NCBI GenBank assembly: GCA_029247365.1
Contig: JAQWLJ010000046.1
Location: forward strand, 11,158 to 75,157
Direction: 5' to 3'
Length of the DNA: 64,000 nucleotides
DNA from: Acidimicrobiales bacterium
GTDB taxonomy: Bacteria; Actinomycetota; Acidimicrobiia; Acidimicrobiales; Aldehydirespiratoraceae
The notes under the pieces were generated by a model. It was not told the origin of the DNA, did no database searches, and worked only from the letters and a program-made list of their open reading frames with translations. Shown here piece by piece: positions 1 through 9,727 of the stretch. Position 1 is the first letter of the stretch, and every line of letters starts with the position of its first letter. Made by a program: the position numbers and the translations under genes.

Positions 1-131
1 TCGCTGCTGGCTCATACCACGCGTGGCTCGGCGGCAGCGATATCGACAACCCGCTCACCTGGGTTGTTGCCGGCGCTGCGTCGATTACCGTCGTGCTACT
101 CGTCGGTGTGCGCCTTCGCCGCACCGCCTGA
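1..131 (+). CDS. 3' end of a CDS starting upstream of the window (C-terminal hydrophobic helix plus basic tail)
   Basis: Frame 3 reads ...AAGSYHAWLGGSDIDNPLTWVVAGAASITVVLLVGVRLRRTA* with GC-rich third positions and TGA at 129-131. It is absent from the ORF track because there is no start codon in the window. Confidence 0.4.
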   Translation, partial: AAGSYHAWLGGSDIDNPLTWVVAGAASITVVLLVGVRLRRTA

Positions 132-182
132 GAGGACCGCACCACAACCGACCGGTTGTTGCGTGAAGCGCTCCTGCGCTAG

Positions 183-812
183 ATGCGCGAGCGTCTGGAG
201 GGACTTGCGGTCTCCGACACCACGACCGAAGCCGAGCTCACGGTCCAAGGGACGTCATCGCTCCCCCGCCGCACGGCCGGCGCAAACCCCTTCAATGGAG
301 CACTGCTGCTTCCCGGCCAAGTCGACATCCTCACGCCGAGGGCCACCCCGACCGCTCAGCCACCACCGCCTGCGCCCGACGATGCGGCTGCGCCCGAACC
401 CGTGAGCCCGTTGGATCCTGCGCCGATCGATCTCTTCGGGACCACGTCCGTGCCACCGTCGGCCCCTTCACAGCCCCAGGAAAGCAACGTCACCTTCGGC
501 CAACAGGCACCAGATCCGTTCCTGCGCCGAGACAATGCTCCACCGCTCCGCGCTGCGCCCCTCGCCTTCGAAGCGGAGCCTGCGGACGAACCTTCCCCGG
601 CCGAGATTTCGTCGCCATCCGGCAGCGGAGTTCCTGGGTCGATGCCGACCGGAGCAAAAACGCCACCGCCGCTGCCCGAGGGTGCGATCGATCCTGTGAC
701 CGGCGAACCCGGCCAGGCTGCCTATCAAGCATGGCTGATTGAGTGGCTGGCGTATGCCGACACATACGGCGAGGGAACCCTGGACGACCCCAGTCGGGTC
801 TGGACGCGCTTA
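183..812 (+). CDS. Pro/Ala-rich hypothetical protein; 3' end unresolved
   Basis: ATG at 183. GC-rich third codon positions persist for about 600 nt (…PPPPAPDDAAAPEPVSPLDPAPIDLF…GQAAYQAWLIEWLAYADTYGEGTLDDPSRVW). The frame has no stop until 1694 and beyond about 810 it is antisense to era, so the listed end is nominal. Confidence 0.3.
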
Positions 813-1658
813 GTACCCCAACTCGTGGACCGAGTCGGGCCGGCGTTGCCAGTTCTTCTCAACTTTGACAAACAGTTCGACGAATGCCCCGTCGGGCAAC
901 TGGCGGCGCACGGCGGTCCCGGCCTTCTTGAGGTTCTCACCACCCTTCCCGATCACCATCGCCTTCTGAGACTCGCGTTCGACGAGAATCTCACATCGGA
1001 TACGCGGCCATTCCCATTCAGTGACCCGCGTCGCAATCGAGTGCGGCAGTTCTTGGCGGGCCACGGCAAGCAGTTGCTCGCGGACGAGTTCGGCGACCCA
1101 GAACGGGTCGGGAACGTCGGTGACCATGTCGTCGGGGTAGAATTGCGGTCCCTCGGGGAGCCGGCTTCGCAGGTGCGCAACGAGGCCGTCGACACCTTCA
1201 CCGGTGCGGCCGCTCACGGGGAACCAGGCCGCTGCGGAGAGCTCCGATGTGGCTTTGAGCTGGTCGAGGACCTGTTCGGGTTTGGCGATATCGGCCTTGG
1301 TGACAATGACGATGGCGTCGTCGGGGAGCGACTGCGCGACGTAAGCATCGCCACGGCCGTACGGGGCGGTGGCATCGACAACGAAGCAGACAACGTCGAC
1401 GTCGGAGATCGCGTTGGCGGCGGTGGCGTTGAGACTGGTGCCGAGGGCGCTGCGCGGCTTGTGGATCCCCGGCGTATCTACGAAAACGATCTGATCGGCC
1501 TCGGTGGTAAGCACACCTCGCACCTGCGTTCGGGTGGTCTGGGGCTTGTCGGAGACAATCGACACCTTCTGGCCAAGAATCCGATTGAGCAAAGTCGACT
1601 TGCCGGCGTTCGGGCGACCGACGAACGTCACAAATCCGGAGCGGAAACCGTCAGCCAT
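810..1658 (-). CDS. era: GTPase Era
   Basis: G1 GRPNAGKSTLLN, G3 DTPG and G4 TKAD motifs, with a C-terminal KH-like region. ATG at 1658 (MADGFRSGFVTFVG) lies 2 nt after the corC stop. TAA stop. Confidence 0.93.
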   Translation of the reverse strand: MADGFRSGFVTFVGRPNAGKSTLLNRILGQKVSIVSDKPQTTRTQVRGVLTTEADQIVFVDTPGIHKPRSALGTSLNATAANAISDVDVVCFVVDATAPYGRGDAYVAQSLPDDAIVIVTKADIAKPEQVLDQLKATSELSAAAWFPVSGRTGEGVDGLVAHLRSRLPEGPQFYPDDMVTDVPDPFWVAELVREQLLAVARQELPHSIATRVTEWEWPRIRCEILVERESQKAMVIGKGGENLKKAGTAVRRQLPDGAFVELFVKVEKNWQRRPDSVHELGY

Positions 1659-2910
1659 CGCCTGCTCCCGCGCGGTCGACGCGCACCCGGGTGATGCGGC
1701 GCCCCTCCATCGCTTCGACATGGAGGCGCACCCCATTCACGGCTACGGACTCGCCCATCTCGGGAACGTGACCCAAATCGTGGAAGATCAAGCCGCCGAC
1801 CGTGTCCCAGTCACCGTCAGCAAAATCCTCTTTGAGTAGGCCTTCGAGTTGATCGATCGGCATCCGGCCGTGCACCAGCAAGTCGCCCCCGGCGAGCGAC
1901 CGGTAGAGCGGTTCCTCTCGGTCGGTTTCGTCGACAATCTCGCCCACGAGTTCCTCCACCAGATCTTCCAGCGTGACCAGTCCAGCCGTGCCCCCGTATT
2001 CGTCGACGACGATCGACAGGTGGTGGAGACCCGCTTGCATCTCGCGCAGAAGATCGTCGGCGTGCTTGGTCTCAGGAACGAAGCGCGGCTTGCGCATGAG
2101 CGAGATCACCTGTCGCTCGCCACCACCACTTCGTTCCAGCCGCACGAGGTCCTTTACGAGACAGACCCCCACGATGTCGTCGATGCCCTGCCCACAGATC
2201 GGCACGCGGCTGAATCCCTTCGCCTCGGCAAGATCAATCACTTCGCTCACGGTGTTCTCCGATGCTGCCGTGGCCATATCGGTGCGCGGCACCATGACCT
2301 CACGCACGATCGTGTCACCGAGCGCGAATACCGACTCGATGAGGTCCTTCTCCTCCTCGTCGATGGCAGCACCAGCCGCGGCAGCTTCGGTCATCGCGAT
2401 CAATTCGTCTTCAGAGATGACCGTCGCACCGGCCGGACCGGGCAGCAACACGTTGGCAATACCGGTGAGTAAGCGGGTCAGCGCTCGCACCGGAGCCATC
2501 CTCAACAGGATCCGCAATCCGCGGGCCGAGATGAGTGCCGCCCGATCGAGATGCTGTAGCGCCCAGATACGCGGGATCGCCTCGGGAAGGATGTACAGCC
2601 CGACCGCCGATCCAACCGCTGCGCCCACGAGCGGAAGGCCCCCAGTCGCCCGGTCGGCCACCAGGGTGATGATGATGGCGACCGCTGCCACATGAGAGAC
2701 GATTCGAAGGAGCAGCAACGGGGCCAGCGATGTCTCGCGTTCCTCGAGGAGATCAATCAGCGCCTGCGCACCGGGGTTCTCTTCGATATCGAACCCTCCG
2801 GCCCGAGCCCGGCTGATACGAGTCAGCGCCGTCTCGGCCGCAGCGACAACGGCCGCGAGAACGATCAGCGCAACCGTGCCGACAACTCCAACGAGAAGGC
2901 CCGCACTCAT
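1651..2910 (-). CDS. Hemolysin/CorC family protein (DUF21 membrane domain, CBS pair, CorC_HlyC)
   Basis: N-terminal TM helices start at MSAGLLVGVVGTVALIVLAAV, followed by a CBS-pair region and a C-terminal transporter-associated domain. The ATG at 2910 overlaps the ybeY stop (ATGA). Order matches the canonical phoH-ybeY-corC-era arrangement. Confidence 0.9.
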   Translation of the reverse strand: MSAGLLVGVVGTVALIVLAAVVAAAETALTRISRARAGGFDIEENPGAQALIDLLEERETSLAPLLLLRIVSHVAAVAIIITLVADRATGGLPLVGAAVGSAVGLYILPEAIPRIWALQHLDRAALISARGLRILLRMAPVRALTRLLTGIANVLLPGPAGATVISEDELIAMTEAAAAGAAIDEEEKDLIESVFALGDTIVREVMVPRTDMATAASENTVSEVIDLAEAKGFSRVPICGQGIDDIVGVCLVKDLVRLERSGGGERQVISLMRKPRFVPETKHADDLLREMQAGLHHLSIVVDEYGGTAGLVTLEDLVEELVGEIVDETDREEPLYRSLAGGDLLVHGRMPIDQLEGLLKEDFADGDWDTVGGLIFHDLGHVPEMGESVAVNGVRLHVEAMEGRRITRVRVDRAGAGDG

Positions 2911-3371
2911 CGGTGATGCATGGCCAAGATCTCCTGCTCGAGATCCTCCATGACTTCGGCTTCGGCATCGTCTTGGTGGTCGTGGCCGACCAGGTGCAGC
3001 ACGCCATGGACGACCAGCAAGGCGATCTCGTCGTCGACGCTGCCGTGGTGATGACCCTGTCCTGCATGGTCGAGGGCGTTGGCAGCCGCCACCGTCGGGC
3101 ACACCACGATGTCGCCGATCATGTCGTCTGCTTGGGTTGCATCCGCACCTTCGAGCGGGAACGACAACACGTCGGTCGGACGATCCTTGCCCATGTGCAC
3201 ACGGTTGAGTTCATGGATCGTGTCCTCTTCGACGAACAACAGGTTGCACTCTCCCGCTACCACGCCACGCGACCGAAACGCCGACGTCGCCAAAACCGCC
3301 CACCGGTCAGCATCGATGGCGATCGCTGACTGCTCGTCCACCGCGATCACAGCAAGGAAAGGCTCGCTCAC
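2907..3371 (-). CDS. ybeY: rRNA maturation endoribonuclease YbeY
   Basis: Zinc motif HGVLHLVGHDH. The GTG start overlaps the phoH stop (GTGA). 154 aa. Confidence 0.93.
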   Translation of the reverse strand: MSEPFLAVIAVDEQSAIAIDADRWAVLATSAFRSRGVVAGECNLLFVEEDTIHELNRVHMGKDRPTDVLSFPLEGADATQADDMIGDIVVCPTVAAANALDHAGQGHHHGSVDDEIALLVVHGVLHLVGHDHQDDAEAEVMEDLEQEILAMHHR

Positions 3372-4363
3372 GAGCGACCGCCCCCGGGCGAGTTCGTGCT
3401 CGCTGCGCCACCGGGCCCATTCGCACTCGCTTTCTCATAGGCATCGACGATGTCCTGCACGATCCGGTGACGAACCACATCCCGCCCACTCAGCCGAGTG
3501 AACGCAATGCCGTCGATGTGGCCGAGCACTGGCTCGAGGCCGCCAAGGCCAGACTTTCCACCCTGCACATCGACCTGGGTGACGTCGCCCGTGACGACAG
3601 CCTTCGAGCCGAAGCCGATCCGCGTGAGGAACATCTTCATCTGCTCTGGCGAGGTGTTCTGCGCTTCGTCGAGGATGATGAATGCCGAGTTGAGGGTGCG
3701 ACCCCGCATAAACGCGAGCGGCGCGACCTCGACGATGCCACGATCGAGCAAACGCTCCATGCCGTCGTTGCCGACCATGTCGTGCAACGCGTCGTACAGC
3801 GGCCGCAGGTACGGATCAACCTTCGCCATCAGGTCGCCGGGCAGGAAGCCGAGCCGCTCGCCGGCCTCAACCGCTGGCCGGGTGAGGACGATCCGCTCCA
3901 CGTCGCCCGCCTGCAGGGCCCGAACCGCCATCGCCACCGCCAACCAACTCTTACCGGTGCCAGCCGGGCCAATACCGAAGGTGATGACATTGCCTTCGAT
4001 CGCTTCAACGTACGCCTTCTGCCCGGCCGACTTCGGACGGATCAGCCGACCCTTGTCGGCGCGAAGGATCTCGTGGGTGAACACGTCGGACGGACTTTCG
4101 TCGGCCCGCACCATGTCGATCGTTCGATCGAGCGTGCGCTCATCGACGCGCTGGCCCCGCTCGGCCAACGCTACAAGCTCCTCAAACAGCGTCGCCGCAA
4201 CCGGTGCGCCGGGACCGGAGAGTAGGACTTCGTTCCCGCGCACGGTGATATCGGCATCGGGAAGCGCGGCCTCAATGCGCCGAAGGTGGCGGTCGTGCTC
4301 GCCAAGCAGGACACCCATGAGGTGGTTGCCGGGGACGCGGATGGTGATCAAGGGTTCGCTCAT
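3368..4363 (-). CDS. phoH: PhoH-family ATPase
   Basis: Walker [13 protein letters not shown] and Walker B ILDEAQN. Start taken at the internal ATG ([10 protein letters not shown]) rather than the upstream ORF start. Confidence 0.92.
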   Translation of the reverse strand: MSEPLITIRVPGNHLMGVLLGEHDRHLRRIEAALPDADITVRGNEVLLSGPGAPVAATLFEELVALAERGQRVDERTLDRTIDMVRADESPSDVFTHEILRADKGRLIRPKSAGQKAYVEAIEGNVITFGIGPAGTGKSWLAVAMAVRALQAGDVERIVLTRPAVEAGERLGFLPGDLMAKVDPYLRPLYDALHDMVGNDGMERLLDRGIVEVAPLAFMRGRTLNSAFIILDEAQNTSPEQMKMFLTRIGFGSKAVVTGDVTQVDVQGGKSGLGGLEPVLGHIDGIAFTRLSGRDVVRHRIVQDIVDAYEKASANGPGGAASTNSPGGGRS

Positions 4364-4454
4364 CTTCTGTCGGGAGCGTACAGCGCCACCACAGGCCACC
4401 GACAGAGAGTTCTCGGTGGTGTCGCGCTGTGACCGACGCACCTCGCCCGCCTTC

Positions 4455-5005
4455 GTGCCTGTCGACCTCACATCCGGTAAGTCATTCGCTGCCATCCATC
4501 GCTGGATTGCAAACGGCCAGATCGACGATGCAGCACGAGCTCGGGCCCGCCAACACTCGCTCGAACATCAGGCCACCGAAGACGCGACGCTACTCGGGGC
4601 ACTCATCGACCTCGCCGAACGAGGACGACCCGTCACCGCCAGCGCCACCCGTCAGGTAACCGGACCGGTCGTGGCGGTAGGAGCTGACTTCGTAATCCTT
4701 CGCGATGGACGGCTGGGGGACGTTTTCGTGCCGGTCGAGAGGCTCGCCGTCGTGCGACCAGCACCAGGCGGCGGGCTTCCCACCGGCAACCGCCTGGCCG
4801 GAATCTCACTCACGCTCGGCAGCGCGCTTATGAAGCTCGCCTCCGAACGACCCGACGTGATCCTCGCACCGGCGGGGAAGACATCCGTGGCGAGATGTTC
4901 TCGGTCGGTGCCGACATGGTCACGATCGCGATCGACCGGGCACGGCGCGATCGACTGCACATCTGCCTGGGAGCGATCGATCACCTGATCGTGCTCGCCC
5001 GCTAG
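4455..5005 (+). pseudogene. Hypothetical protein with two similar repeats, split by a 1-nt frameshift in a G run (4874-4877)
   Basis: Frame 0 reads …LLGALIDLAERGRPVTASATRQVTGPVVAVGADFVILRDGRLGDVFVPVERLAVV…ERPDVILAPAG. From 4877 frame 2 reads EDIRGEMFSVGADMVTIAIDRARRDRLHICLGAIDHLIVLAR* with TAG at 5003-5005. Both parts have GC-rich third positions, and the continuation of frame 0 is Arg/Ser-rich junk. The start codon is uncertain (GTG candidates at 4416, 4419 and 4455). Confidence 0.4.
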
Positions 5006-5021
5006 CGAGCCGCTCCACCCG

Positions 5022-6482
5022 TCAGTTGCGACGTGAGCGACGTTGTCGCTCGAGGAAGCGGTACACGTCGATCAGGTCGATACCGGGGAACGGGCTGAAC
5101 TCGCGCTGCGACGGCAACGCAGTGAGCACGTGGGTGCGTTCGGCGGCCGACGGCCACGCATGCCCCGACCATTGCTCGACCAACATCGAGTCGGGCTCGA
5201 GCTCACGCTGACGGGCGTACTCCCGTCGCAGCGTGTTTGACCCGCGGAATCGGTGCGCATGCTCGGCCTCTGCACCAAACGAGATGGCGTAGGGGTGGCG
5301 GCTGGTTTCCGTCTCGATGTACGTCGTCTCGAAGAACTCGCCAATGTCGGTGACGGTGTGCTGACTATGGAGCAAGAAGCTTCCGGTAGCGTTCCACGCA
5401 AGCCGAGCGCCCCACTGCCGCGGGACCCGTTCTCCTTCCAAACCGCCGTCAGCGGCTCGAGGGAACGGGAAACCGTCGTTCTCGTATGCCTTGTCGATCA
5501 CACCCTCGGAATCGGTTCGGAGAAAGTGGCACGGAATACCGAGATGTTCGGTCGCTAGATTCGTGAAGCGATGGGCCGCCATCTCGTAGGAGATGTAGAA
5601 GACCTCCTTGAGATCCTCGACCGAGATGTCTTGAGCCCGGTCGGCGTCACGCAGGAAGTCGATAGCCGGGGCTTCGGGAGCGAGGACCGCCGCAGCGAAG
5701 TAGTTGCTTTCGATTCGTTGGCGGAGGTAGTCGCCGAAGTCGCGCGTATCAGAGTGGTCAAGCGCGAAATGGCCGAGTGTCTGTAGCACCACGCTTCGCG
5801 CTTGGCGCACCTTCAAGCCACCGCGATCAGGAATGAAGATGATCTTGTCTCGCCGGTCGGTGATACTGCGGGCCGAGCTCGGAAGATGACTCACCCGCTC
5901 GATACCGAAGCCGACTTGGGCTGCCAGGTCGGTCAGTACCCGCTCAGAGACCGGACCGCTTCCGCCGTAGCCGGCTCGAGCCAGCGCCTCAGCTGCGATT
6001 GCCTCGATCTCTGGGTAATAGTTGTTTCGTAGCCGCATCTCGGACCGGAGGGCGGTGTTGGCGTTGCGAGCCCGCACCGCCGGATCGTCGAGGGCGGTCG
6101 CTGCCGTCTCGCCGTCGCGCAACTCCCGCCACAGCGCGACAATGTGCTCGAGCACCTCGTTGGGAACCTTCGCCGACGGTTTGAACGGCGCCAGCTCGAG
6201 CGCGGCGTAGCGCGGATCGTGCTGCGCCCGATCGACCTCGATCTCGAGCTCGCTTCGACGATCCGGAGCCGACGACTCGAGCAAATCGGCAGTCGTGGTC
6301 CCAAGTGCGGTAGCGATCTCACCAACGAGCCCGAGCTTCGGCTCGACCTTTCCATTTTCAAGCTGCGAAAGGTACGGCACCGGTCGACCGACCGCATTGG
6401 AGACGTCAGCGAGGGTGAGGCCCGCACGCCGCCGGGCATGGCGGATGCGATGTCCGAGGATCACGAGGTCGAGTTCACCCAT
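5022..6482 (-). CDS. ramB: XRE-family regulator of the RamB/ScfR type (HTH plus ImmA/IrrE-like plus C-terminal domain)
   Basis: N-terminal HTH LGHRIRHARRRAGLTLADVSNAVGRPVPYLSQLENGK. About 486 aa and divergent from aceB-aceA, as for RamB-type regulators of the glyoxylate shunt in actinobacteria. Confidence 0.8.
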   Translation of the reverse strand: MGELDLVILGHRIRHARRRAGLTLADVSNAVGRPVPYLSQLENGKVEPKLGLVGEIATALGTTTADLLESSAPDRRSELEIEVDRAQHDPRYAALELAPFKPSAKVPNEVLEHIVALWRELRDGETAATALDDPAVRARNANTALRSEMRLRNNYYPEIEAIAAEALARAGYGGSGPVSERVLTDLAAQVGFGIERVSHLPSSARSITDRRDKIIFIPDRGGLKVRQARSVVLQTLGHFALDHSDTRDFGDYLRQRIESNYFAAAVLAPEAPAIDFLRDADRAQDISVEDLKEVFYISYEMAAHRFTNLATEHLGIPCHFLRTDSEGVIDKAYENDGFPFPRAADGGLEGERVPRQWGARLAWNATGSFLLHSQHTVTDIGEFFETTYIETETSRHPYAISFGAEAEHAHRFRGSNTLRREYARQRELEPDSMLVEQWSGHAWPSAAERTHVLTALPSQREFSPFPGIDLIDVYRFLERQRRSRRN

Positions 6483-6493
6483 TGTCGAAAGTC

Positions 6494-6612
6494 TGACAGA
6501 TGTTTTGCTTTGGCGAAAGCGGCTTGACATCCATCTGTCACATCTCGACGACCCTGCGCGATGCGACAGACAGGACGCCCATCTTGCTGATGACAAATTT
6601 GCGCAAAGTTTT
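6494..6612. promoter_or_regulatory. Candidate operator sites in the ramB/aceB divergent intergenic region
   Basis: TGACAGATG (6494-6502) has a perfect inverted copy CATCTGTCA (6532-6540). A perfect 10-bp palindrome TTTGCGCAAA lies at 6598-6607 within AAATTTGCGCAAAGTTTT. On the opposite strand this reads AAAACTTTGCGCAAA, close to the corynebacterial RamB box A(A/G)AACTTTGCAAA as I remember it. Confidence 0.35.
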
Positions 6613-6689
6613 CACAAGAGAGAAGACCTACCTCGTAGAAGGTCGACCAGTCCGTTGTGAGGGGAGACAGTCTGCGACAGGCTGGAGCA

Positions 6690-8282
6690 ATGGGGAAGAC
6701 CGAGACGCTCGCTCGGATCACTGTCGATCCGAACCCGATGGTTGATCACGTCCTCGGCGCGCCCGTCCAGACCTTTCTCATCGCCCTCCACGAGCAGTTC
6801 GCCTCCGCCCGAGCGAAGCTCGTCGCCAGCCACACGGCAACTCAATCGGCCTCAACCGTCGGCGGCTTCGCTGGATGGAACCCCGAGACTGCGCACATCC
6901 GATCCAACGAATGGCACGTTGCGCCAGCACCACGCGACCTCACCAATCGCCGGACCGAACTCACCGGACCGGTCTCTCGCACGGCACTCGTCGAAGGGTT
7001 AAACAGCGGTGCGCGGGTCTACATGGCGGACTTTGAGGACACGATCACCCCTACATGGACAACGTGCCTCGACGGTCAGCGCAACCTGCGAGATGCCTAC
7101 GCCGGCACGCTCACTGCTGAGTTCGATGGTGAGATGCGGGCACCCGTCCCCGACGCAGCCACCCTCGTCGTGCGGACGCGCGGATGGCACCTCGACGAAC
7201 GCCATGTTTGTATCGATGGCACCCCAATGGCCGCCAGTCTTTTCGACTTCGGAGTCTGCGTCTTCAACAACGCCGCTGCTGCGATCGACAACGGCAGCGC
7301 CCCGTACTTCTACCTGCCCAAGTTCGAAGGCGCCGCTGATGCCGCGCTCTGGAACGACGTGATTCGGTGGACCGAAGAACAACTCGACCTCCCGTCCGGA
7401 ACGATTCGCGTCACGGTCCTTATCGAGACAATCGGTGCGGCCTTTGCGATGGATGAAATTCTCTTTCACTTGCGTGACCACATCACCGGTCTTCATGCCG
7501 GCAACTGGGACTATCTGTTCAGCCTGATCAAGACGTTCCCGGAGGACCCCGACTTCATCCTCCCCGACCGCGATGATCTGACAGCTACCACACCGTTCAT
7601 CCGAGCGTTCACGGAGCTGCTCGTCTCTACCTGCCATCGCCGTCATGTCCACGCAATCGGCGGCATGTCTGGGGTCATTCCCGATCCGATCAACCCGGCT
7701 CGAACCGCCACAATGGAACGCAAGGTCATCGTCGACAAGCGCCGCTAGGCCGGTGATGGATTCGACGGCACCCGTATTGCGCAACCCACCCTCGTCGAAA
7801 TCGCCACCCGCGAGTTCGATCGCGTGCTGTCCTACCGAGCCAACCAGCTCGAAGTGCAGCGCGACGACGTCTACATCACCAAAAGCGACCTGTTGACAAT
7901 CCGCACCACCCGCGGCAGCTGCACCGAAGCCGGCCTCCGACACGACATCCGAGTTGCGATCCACTACATCGGCGAATGGCTGGCCGGCACAGGTGCAGTC
8001 GCCATCGACGACCATCTCGAAGACACTGCGATGGCTGAGATCTGCCGAGCCCGGATCTGGCAGTGGCGCCGCCACGCCGTCGACCTGACCAACGGCCTCA
8101 CCGTCGACGACGCACTACTCGACCGGCTCTTCGTCGAAGAACAGACCACGCTTCGCTCTGAACTCGGCGAGGCGGTCTGGAACGCCGGCCGCTTCGACGC
8201 AGCCGCCGACATGCTCCGCACCTGGAGCAGCCGCACCGACCTGATCGGGTTCTTCCCGATCGAGGCCGCTGCGGTCATCTAA
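6690..8282 (+). pseudogene. aceB: Malate synthase A interrupted by an in-frame TAG at 7746-7748
   Basis: Family motifs present include RVYMADFEDT, APYFYLPK, VLIETI, WDYLFS, GFDGT and ANQLEV. The two ORFs 6657-7748 and 7824-8282 share one frame and are separated only by the TAG (…KVIVDKRR*AGDGFDGTRIAQP…). ATG at 6690 follows a GGAG. Confidence 0.85.
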
Positions 8283-8319
8283 CGATCTACCTACCTCCCA
8301 CATCAAGGAGACATTGACA

Positions 8320-9609
8320 ATGAACCCGAGCTTCGACGAACAGGTTGCAGCCCTCAACAAGGACTGGGCCGAGAACCCCCGGTGGAACGGCACAACTCGC
8401 GACTACACCGCCGAAGACGTCGTGCGTCTCCGCGGAACGGTCACCCCCGAGCACACCCTGGCCCGCCAAGGCGCCGAGAAGCTCTGGAAGAACGTCACCA
8501 CCATGGACTACTGCCACGCGCTCGGCACCATGACCGGGGGTCAAGCCATCCAATACGCCAAGGCCGGCCTTCCGGCCATCTACCTGTCGGGCTGGCAGGT
8601 TGCCGGTGACGCAAACCTTGCCGGTCAGGTCTACCCCGACCAGTCGCTCTACCCGGCCAACTCTGTCCCGTCGGTCGCCGCCCGCATCAACAACGCACTG
8701 CGCCGTGCGGATCAGATCGAGTGGAGCGAGAGCGACGGCAACCCCGAGATCGACTACATGCTGCCGATCGTCGCCGACGCCGAAGCCGGCTTTGGCGGTC
8801 CCCTCAATGCCTACGAGTTGATGAAGGCCATGATCGAAGCCGGTGCCGCCGGCGTCCACTGGGAAGATCAGCTCAGCTCAGCCAAGAAATGTGGCCACAT
8901 GGGTGGCAAGGTCCTCATCCCCACCCAACAGCACATCACCACACTCACCGCAGCCCGCCTCGCCGCTGACGTCGCCGGCGTGCCCAGTATCGTGCTTGCC
9001 CGTACCGACGCCCTCGCCGCCAACCTCATCACAACCGACGTCGACGAGCGCGACCAAGAGTTCCTCACCGGCGAACGTTCGGCCGAAGGCTTCTACTACA
9101 CCGAGCCGGGCATGGCGACGCCGATCAAGCGTGCCCTCGCCTATGCCCCGTACTCGGACCTGATCTGGTGCGAGACCGGCACACCCGACCTCAACGAGGC
9201 CCGTCAGTTCGCCGAGGCCGTCAAAGCCGAATTCCCCGACCAGATGCTGGCGTACAACTGCTCGCCCTCGTTCAACTGGAAGGCCCACCTCGATGACAGC
9301 ACCATCGCCAGGTTCCAAAAGGAACTTGGCGCGATGGGCTACGCCTTCCAGTTCATCACCCTCGCTGGCTGGCACGCACTCAACTACTCGGCGTTTGAGA
9401 TTGGTCGCGGGTACACCGAGTCCGACATGACCGCCTACGTCGACCTTCAGGAGCGAGAGTTTGCTCGCGAAGGCGAGGGCTACACCGCCGTCAAGCATCA
9501 GCGCGAAGTCGGAGCCGGCTACTTCGACCAGATCGCCACGATCGTGTCCGGCGGCAATGCTTCGACCCTTGCGCTCGAAGGCTCAACCGAAGAAGAGCAG
9601 TTCCACTGA
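8320..9609 (+). CDS. aceA: Isocitrate lyase
   Basis: Signature KKCGHMGGK. About 429 aa. AAGGAG lies 9 nt upstream of the ATG at 8320. Confidence 0.95.
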   Translation: MNPSFDEQVAALNKDWAENPRWNGTTRDYTAEDVVRLRGTVTPEHTLARQGAEKLWKNVTTMDYCHALGTMTGGQAIQYAKAGLPAIYLSGWQVAGDANLAGQVYPDQSLYPANSVPSVAARINNALRRADQIEWSESDGNPEIDYMLPIVADAEAGFGGPLNAYELMKAMIEAGAAGVHWEDQLSSAKKCGHMGGKVLIPTQQHITTLTAARLAADVAGVPSIVLARTDALAANLITTDVDERDQEFLTGERSAEGFYYTEPGMATPIKRALAYAPYSDLIWCETGTPDLNEARQFAEAVKAEFPDQMLAYNCSPSFNWKAHLDDSTIARFQKELGAMGYAFQFITLAGWHALNYSAFEIGRGYTESDMTAYVDLQEREFAREGEGYTAVKHQREVGAGYFDQIATIVSGGNASTLALEGSTEEEQFH

Positions 9610-9689
9610 GTGATCGCTGCATGCGCAGGCCGCGCAACCGCCTCCTTCCTCGCTGACCGAGCGGCCAGCGAATCCAGGACGTGAACGAA

Positions 9690-9727
9690 AGAGCCCGTCG
9701 GCCTATGGCTGGCGGGCTCTTCCGTTT
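9690..9727. terminator. Bidirectional stem-loop between the convergent aceA and the 9728-10135 gene
   Basis: AGAGCCCGTC (9690-9699) pairs with GGCGGGCTCT (9711-9720), giving 10 bp including one G-U. T-rich flanks occur on both strands (TCCGTTT / TTCGTT). Confidence 0.5.

Noticed and set aside
3498-4988. Very long ORFs antisense to known genes. Examples: 3498-4988, 6999-8075, 14416-15798, 17434-18369, 21519-22583, 22613-23653, 24714-25673, 46838-47956, 60485-61762 and 50008-50586.
   Set aside because: These are typical shadow ORFs of GC-rich DNA. Their translations are Arg/Ser/Pro/Gly-rich with no motifs. The opposite strand carries strongly recognisable genes (phoH, aceB, D-aminoacylase, hutH, hutF, hutI, creatinase, ACAD, EamA). 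Only the 3' tail of 3498-4988 is retained, as a separate frameshifted gene.
7746-7748. Amber codons in aceB and add (42669-42671) as evidence for TAG reassignment, pyrrolysine or a suppressor system.
   Set aside because: TAG terminates at least 12 well-supported genes in this window at positions matching expected protein lengths. No pyl genes and no CTA-anticodon tRNA are visible. Nonsense mutation or base error is the more economical explanation.
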